Positions 61,158 to 64,000 of a DNA stretch of 64,000 bases are shown piece by piece; the stretch's first letter is position 1; each line of letters opens with the position of its first letter. Under the pieces are notes generated by a model. It was not told the origin of the DNA. It was given only the letters and a program-made list of their open reading frames with translations, and did not search any database. A program made the translations under genes and the position numbers. Origin of the DNA: Candidatus Latescibacterota bacterium (GTDB lineage: Bacteria > Latescibacterota > UBA2968 > UBA8231); assembly GCA_965242865.1 (NCBI GenBank), contig CBDETK010000013.1, positions 4,192,001 to 4,256,000 of the forward strand. Reading direction: 5' to 3'.

Positions 61158-63130
61158 AGCCGGTCTCGGTCTTGTGGCAGGTGGGTTGGCTCGTCTCGGC
61201 GGCGTGGACAGCGGTCGATGCCCAGCAGTACTCGCTCAACTTCAGCCGGTCCAGCAGCCGAACCTCTTGGAACCACCGCTTGCCGAGCTGGAACTACTCG
61301 ACGCCCGTGCGTTTTTCAGCGGTCGGGGACTCGACTTCCAAACTGACGATTACCGCATCGGCGAACATGGGGTTTACCCTCGACGACCGCAGCGGCGGCA
61401 AGAGTTGGCAGGACAATGCCTCGGGCCGAACTTCGATCAACTATCCCATTCTCGGGCCAAAGGCCACCATCAGCCTCGGCGCCTCCATGAGTACGCGCAA
61501 CGTGACGCTCCAGAAGCAGAGGACGCGCAGCCAGTCCTTTAACTTTGGGTTTAGGTCCAAGCCGTTGAGCAGCGGCCCGTTCAAGAGCCTGAGCGCCAAC
61601 CTAACCCCGAGCCTAATCTCCGCCACCCGCGCCACCCGCGCCAATCTCGACAGCACCATCCGGGAAACCGGAATTCGCTACAATGCTTCGCTGAGGGTTT
61701 CACCCGACATCGAGATTGCCGGCAAAAAACTGAGCAACTCGATTTCGCTGAGCAAAACGGACGACACGCTCGAGCACAACAAAAATCGCAGCGATCGACT
61801 GAGCGGCAACGTGAGCTATACCTTTCCCGGGGACATACGCATCGGCCTGAGCATGTCCGAGAATCGCTCGCAGCGCGGCCTCCCGCGCCGCGTCATCAGC
61901 GAGGAGGTGGTCGGGGAAACCGCGTTGCGCGATACCGTAGTCAGTGCCGAGTTATCGCAAACGCGCGGCACCAGCCTATCCTCCAACGTGGAGTTCGACC
62001 TAGGGCGATTCAAGATCAAAAACCGCGCCTCTTACAGTCAGAACGAGCAGACCAACACGGCCAACGCGGCCCAAGACTTAAACAACCGCTTCTTCGGCAA
62101 GGACCGCCTCAGCGAGAACTTTAGCTGGGACGCATCCCTTTCGGGCAAGTTGGTCGAGAAGCTGGTCCTCACCGCCAACGTGCGCTTCAAAGGCAGCGAC
62201 GTGCGCCGGCTGGCGGTGCGGGTGCTCGACACCAGCCGCTGCGCCAGCGAGTTCACGCGCTCGGCGGACGGAACGTGCCGCGATCCAACCTCGGACCTGA
62301 CCGACCGCAACCTCTTTCTCAACGGCTCGCTCAACTGGCCCCTATCCGATGCCCACTCCCTGCGGCTGACGACCTTTGGCGATATCAAACGCTCGGAAAA
62401 CCCAGGGCGCCCCGATCAGGACCGCGACACCTTTAACCACAGCATTTCCCTCAGCTACAACGGCACCCTGCGCTCGGGAACCAAGGTGCGCGTCGATCTC
62501 AAAAACAGCTTTTTGCACCGCGTGAACCTGCACGCCACCCGCGCCGGGAACAACTCGCGCAACCGCGACCTCTCGCTCAATATCGGCACCAATTACGAGC
62601 GCTTGGGGGCGTCCTTTTCGCACCGATTCAGCGTTTCCGCCAAGCGCACTATTTTCGATTTCGACCGCCAGGTCAATCGCCGCGAGTCGTCGCGCAAAAG
62701 CAAAATCCGCCGCGGCTGGAGCATGTCGCACACGCTCCAGCGCAAGATCGCGGCCGCCCTTTCGCTCAACGGCCGCTACGAATACTCGGCCGACGATGAC
62801 GGCACCTTGATTTTGGAAAACGGAGCTCAGATCGTCGAAGAGGAAAACGCCCGCTACACCCTCCGCTTCGGCATGACCTACTCGCCCAGTGCCTCCTACT
62901 CGGCCGGCGCGAGCTACACCTACAAGCTGGCCCGCCAGTGGGATTACGACTACTCCGCGCTCGACCAGCCGCGCTCCCTCAACCGCCGCAATAGGCACCG
63001 GACCCTGTCGGCGAACTTCAACTACAACCCGGTCGGCAGCAACAACAAGCTCAACCTCCGCGGCAGCCGCAATCACCAGCGCAGCGGCACGTTTGACAGC
63101 TTCACGGTGACCTATACGCGCTCGCTGTAA
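61154..63130 (+). CDS. Hypothetical exported beta-strand-rich protein, probable outer-membrane beta-barrel
   Basis: GTG overlapping rsmA stop, signal peptide (VDA-Q), alternating S/N/T-hydrophobic strands, C-terminal FTVTYTRSL. Confidence 0.68.
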   Translation: MKPVSVLWQVGWLVSAAWTAVDAQQYSLNFSRSSSRTSWNHRLPSWNYSTPVRFSAVGDSTSKLTITASANMGFTLDDRSGGKSWQDNASGRTSINYPILGPKATISLGASMSTRNVTLQKQRTRSQSFNFGFRSKPLSSGPFKSLSANLTPSLISATRATRANLDSTIRETGIRYNASLRVSPDIEIAGKKLSNSISLSKTDDTLEHNKNRSDRLSGNVSYTFPGDIRIGLSMSENRSQRGLPRRVISEEVVGETALRDTVVSAELSQTRGTSLSSNVEFDLGRFKIKNRASYSQNEQTNTANAAQDLNNRFFGKDRLSENFSWDASLSGKLVEKLVLTANVRFKGSDVRRLAVRVLDTSRCASEFTRSADGTCRDPTSDLTDRNLFLNGSLNWPLSDAHSLRLTTFGDIKRSENPGRPDQDRDTFNHSISLSYNGTLRSGTKVRVDLKNSFLHRVNLHATRAGNNSRNRDLSLNIGTNYERLGASFSHRFSVSAKRTIFDFDRQVNRRESSRKSKIRRGWSMSHTLQRKIAAALSLNGRYEYSADDDGTLILENGAQIVEEENARYTLRFGMTYSPSASYSAGASYTYKLARQWDYDYSALDQPRSLNRRNRHRTLSANFNYNPVGSNNKLNLRGSRNHQRSGTFDSFTVTYTRSL

Positions 63131-63205
63131 TAGCTCAACACTGGTAACAACTTCGCAGTGGTGTTACCTTAATGACTCGCTTACTTGCCCAAGGAGATTT
63201 TCTGC

Positions 63206-64000
63206 ATGCCCCTACCCAAATGCGATAAAATTTGGTTCAATGGCCAATTGGTTGATTGGGACGACGCCAAAATTCACGTGCTCTCCCATGTAGTACACTA
63301 CGGCTCGAGCGTCTTTGAAGGCATTCGCTGTTACGAGACCGCGAAAGGCTCGGCCGTATTCCGCCTCGACGAGCACGTCAACAGGCTGTTTGATTCCGCC
63401 AAGATCTACCGCATGGAAATTCCCTATACGCCGGCGGAAATCAGCGAGGCCATCCTCGAGACGATTCGCGTCAATCAACTCGCGGCTTGCTATATCCGCC
63501 CGGTCGTCTTCCGCGGCTACGACAACCTCGGCGTCGATCCGATGGGATGCCCGGTGGACGTAGTGATCGCCGTTTGGCAGTGGGGCGAGTACCTCGGGGA
63601 GGCCGCGCTCAAAAACGGCGTTTCGGTCTGCACCTCGTCGTGGAATCGCATGGCACCGAATACGTTTCCGGCCTTGGCCAAGGCCGGCGGCAATTACCTC
63701 AACTCCCAGCTCGTGCGGATTGAAGCCAACATGAACGGCTACGACGAGGGCATTGTCTTGGGAACCGATGGATTGGTGAGCGAGGGCAGCGGCGAGAACC
63801 TCTTCGTCATCAAAAACGGCTCGATCTACACGCCGGCGTCTAATTTCGCCATCCTGCCGGGCGTTACCCGCCACACCGCCATTACCCTGATCCGCGATCT
63901 GGGCATGCGGGTCGAGCAACGCGGTATTCCGCGCGAGTTCCTCTACATCGCCGACGAGGTATTTTTCACGGGCACAGCGGCCGAAATCACCCCGATCCGC
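63206..64000 (+). CDS. ilvE: Branched-chain amino acid aminotransferase (5' part; runs off window)
   Basis: Not in ORF track. AAGGAG RBS; [13 protein letters not shown]...[13 protein letters not shown]...[10 protein letters not shown]...EGSGEN...ILPGVTR...[16 protein letters not shown]. Confidence 0.96.
   Translation, partial: MPLPKCDKIWFNGQLVDWDDAKIHVLSHVVHYGSSVFEGIRCYETAKGSAVFRLDEHVNRLFDSAKIYRMEIPYTPAEISEAILETIRVNQLAACYIRPVVFRGYDNLGVDPMGCPVDVVIAVWQWGEYLGEAALKNGVSVCTSSWNRMAPNTFPALAKAGGNYLNSQLVRIEANMNGYDEGIVLGTDGLVSEGSGENLFVIKNGSIYTPASNFAILPGVTRHTAITLIRDLGMRVEQRGIPREFLYIADEVFFTGTAAEITPIR

Noticed and set aside
63143-63168. GGTAACA...TGTTACC hairpin before ilvE as an attenuator or T-box
   Set aside because: Intergenic region is only 75 bp with no leader peptide or T-box motif; at most a simple terminator or operator.

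Overview
A 64-kb chromosomal, high-GC, mostly housekeeping segment of a diderm bacterium. Gene order (mcsA-mcsB-clpC-bamA-skp), FlgD-Ig/T9SS-like C-terminal domains and a divergent 16S suggest a deep-branching FCB-group lineage such as Latescibacterota/PAUC34f-like sponge associates; this is inference, not a database result. Contents in order: rdgB (partial), a TPR gene, an unannotated CxxU Rdx-family selenoprotein with a candidate SECIS, a HEAT lipoprotein, hisG-hisD-hisB, GT4 and YfhO-like glycosylation genes, a rearranged 8.9-13.3 kb hotspot (a GT-C gene plus repeated small coiled-coil/TM ORFs inside shared constant flanks), two large secreted Ig/cohesin-like surface proteins, moaD-moaE-DSP phosphatase, ybbR-tsaD-vWA, ftsK-lolA-S8 protease, prfB with its programmed +1 frameshift, lolC/E-lolD-mcsA-mcsB-clpC-bamA-skp-fabZ-pyrB (no lpx genes), an oxidoreductase, L-rhamnose isomerase, a full rrn operon (16S, tRNA-Ile, 23S, 5S), an EF-G paralogue, yebC-ruvCAB-tsaB-rimI, an MsmX-like ATPase, holB-rsmA, an unknown beta-rich outer-membrane-type protein and ilvE (partial). 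No CRISPR array, transposase or integrase was seen. The best candidates for something new are the constant-flank/variable-payload hotspot at 8.9-13.3 kb, the hidden selenoprotein and the dockerin/cohesin-like surface-protein pair. All family assignments are from motif recognition by eye, not searches.
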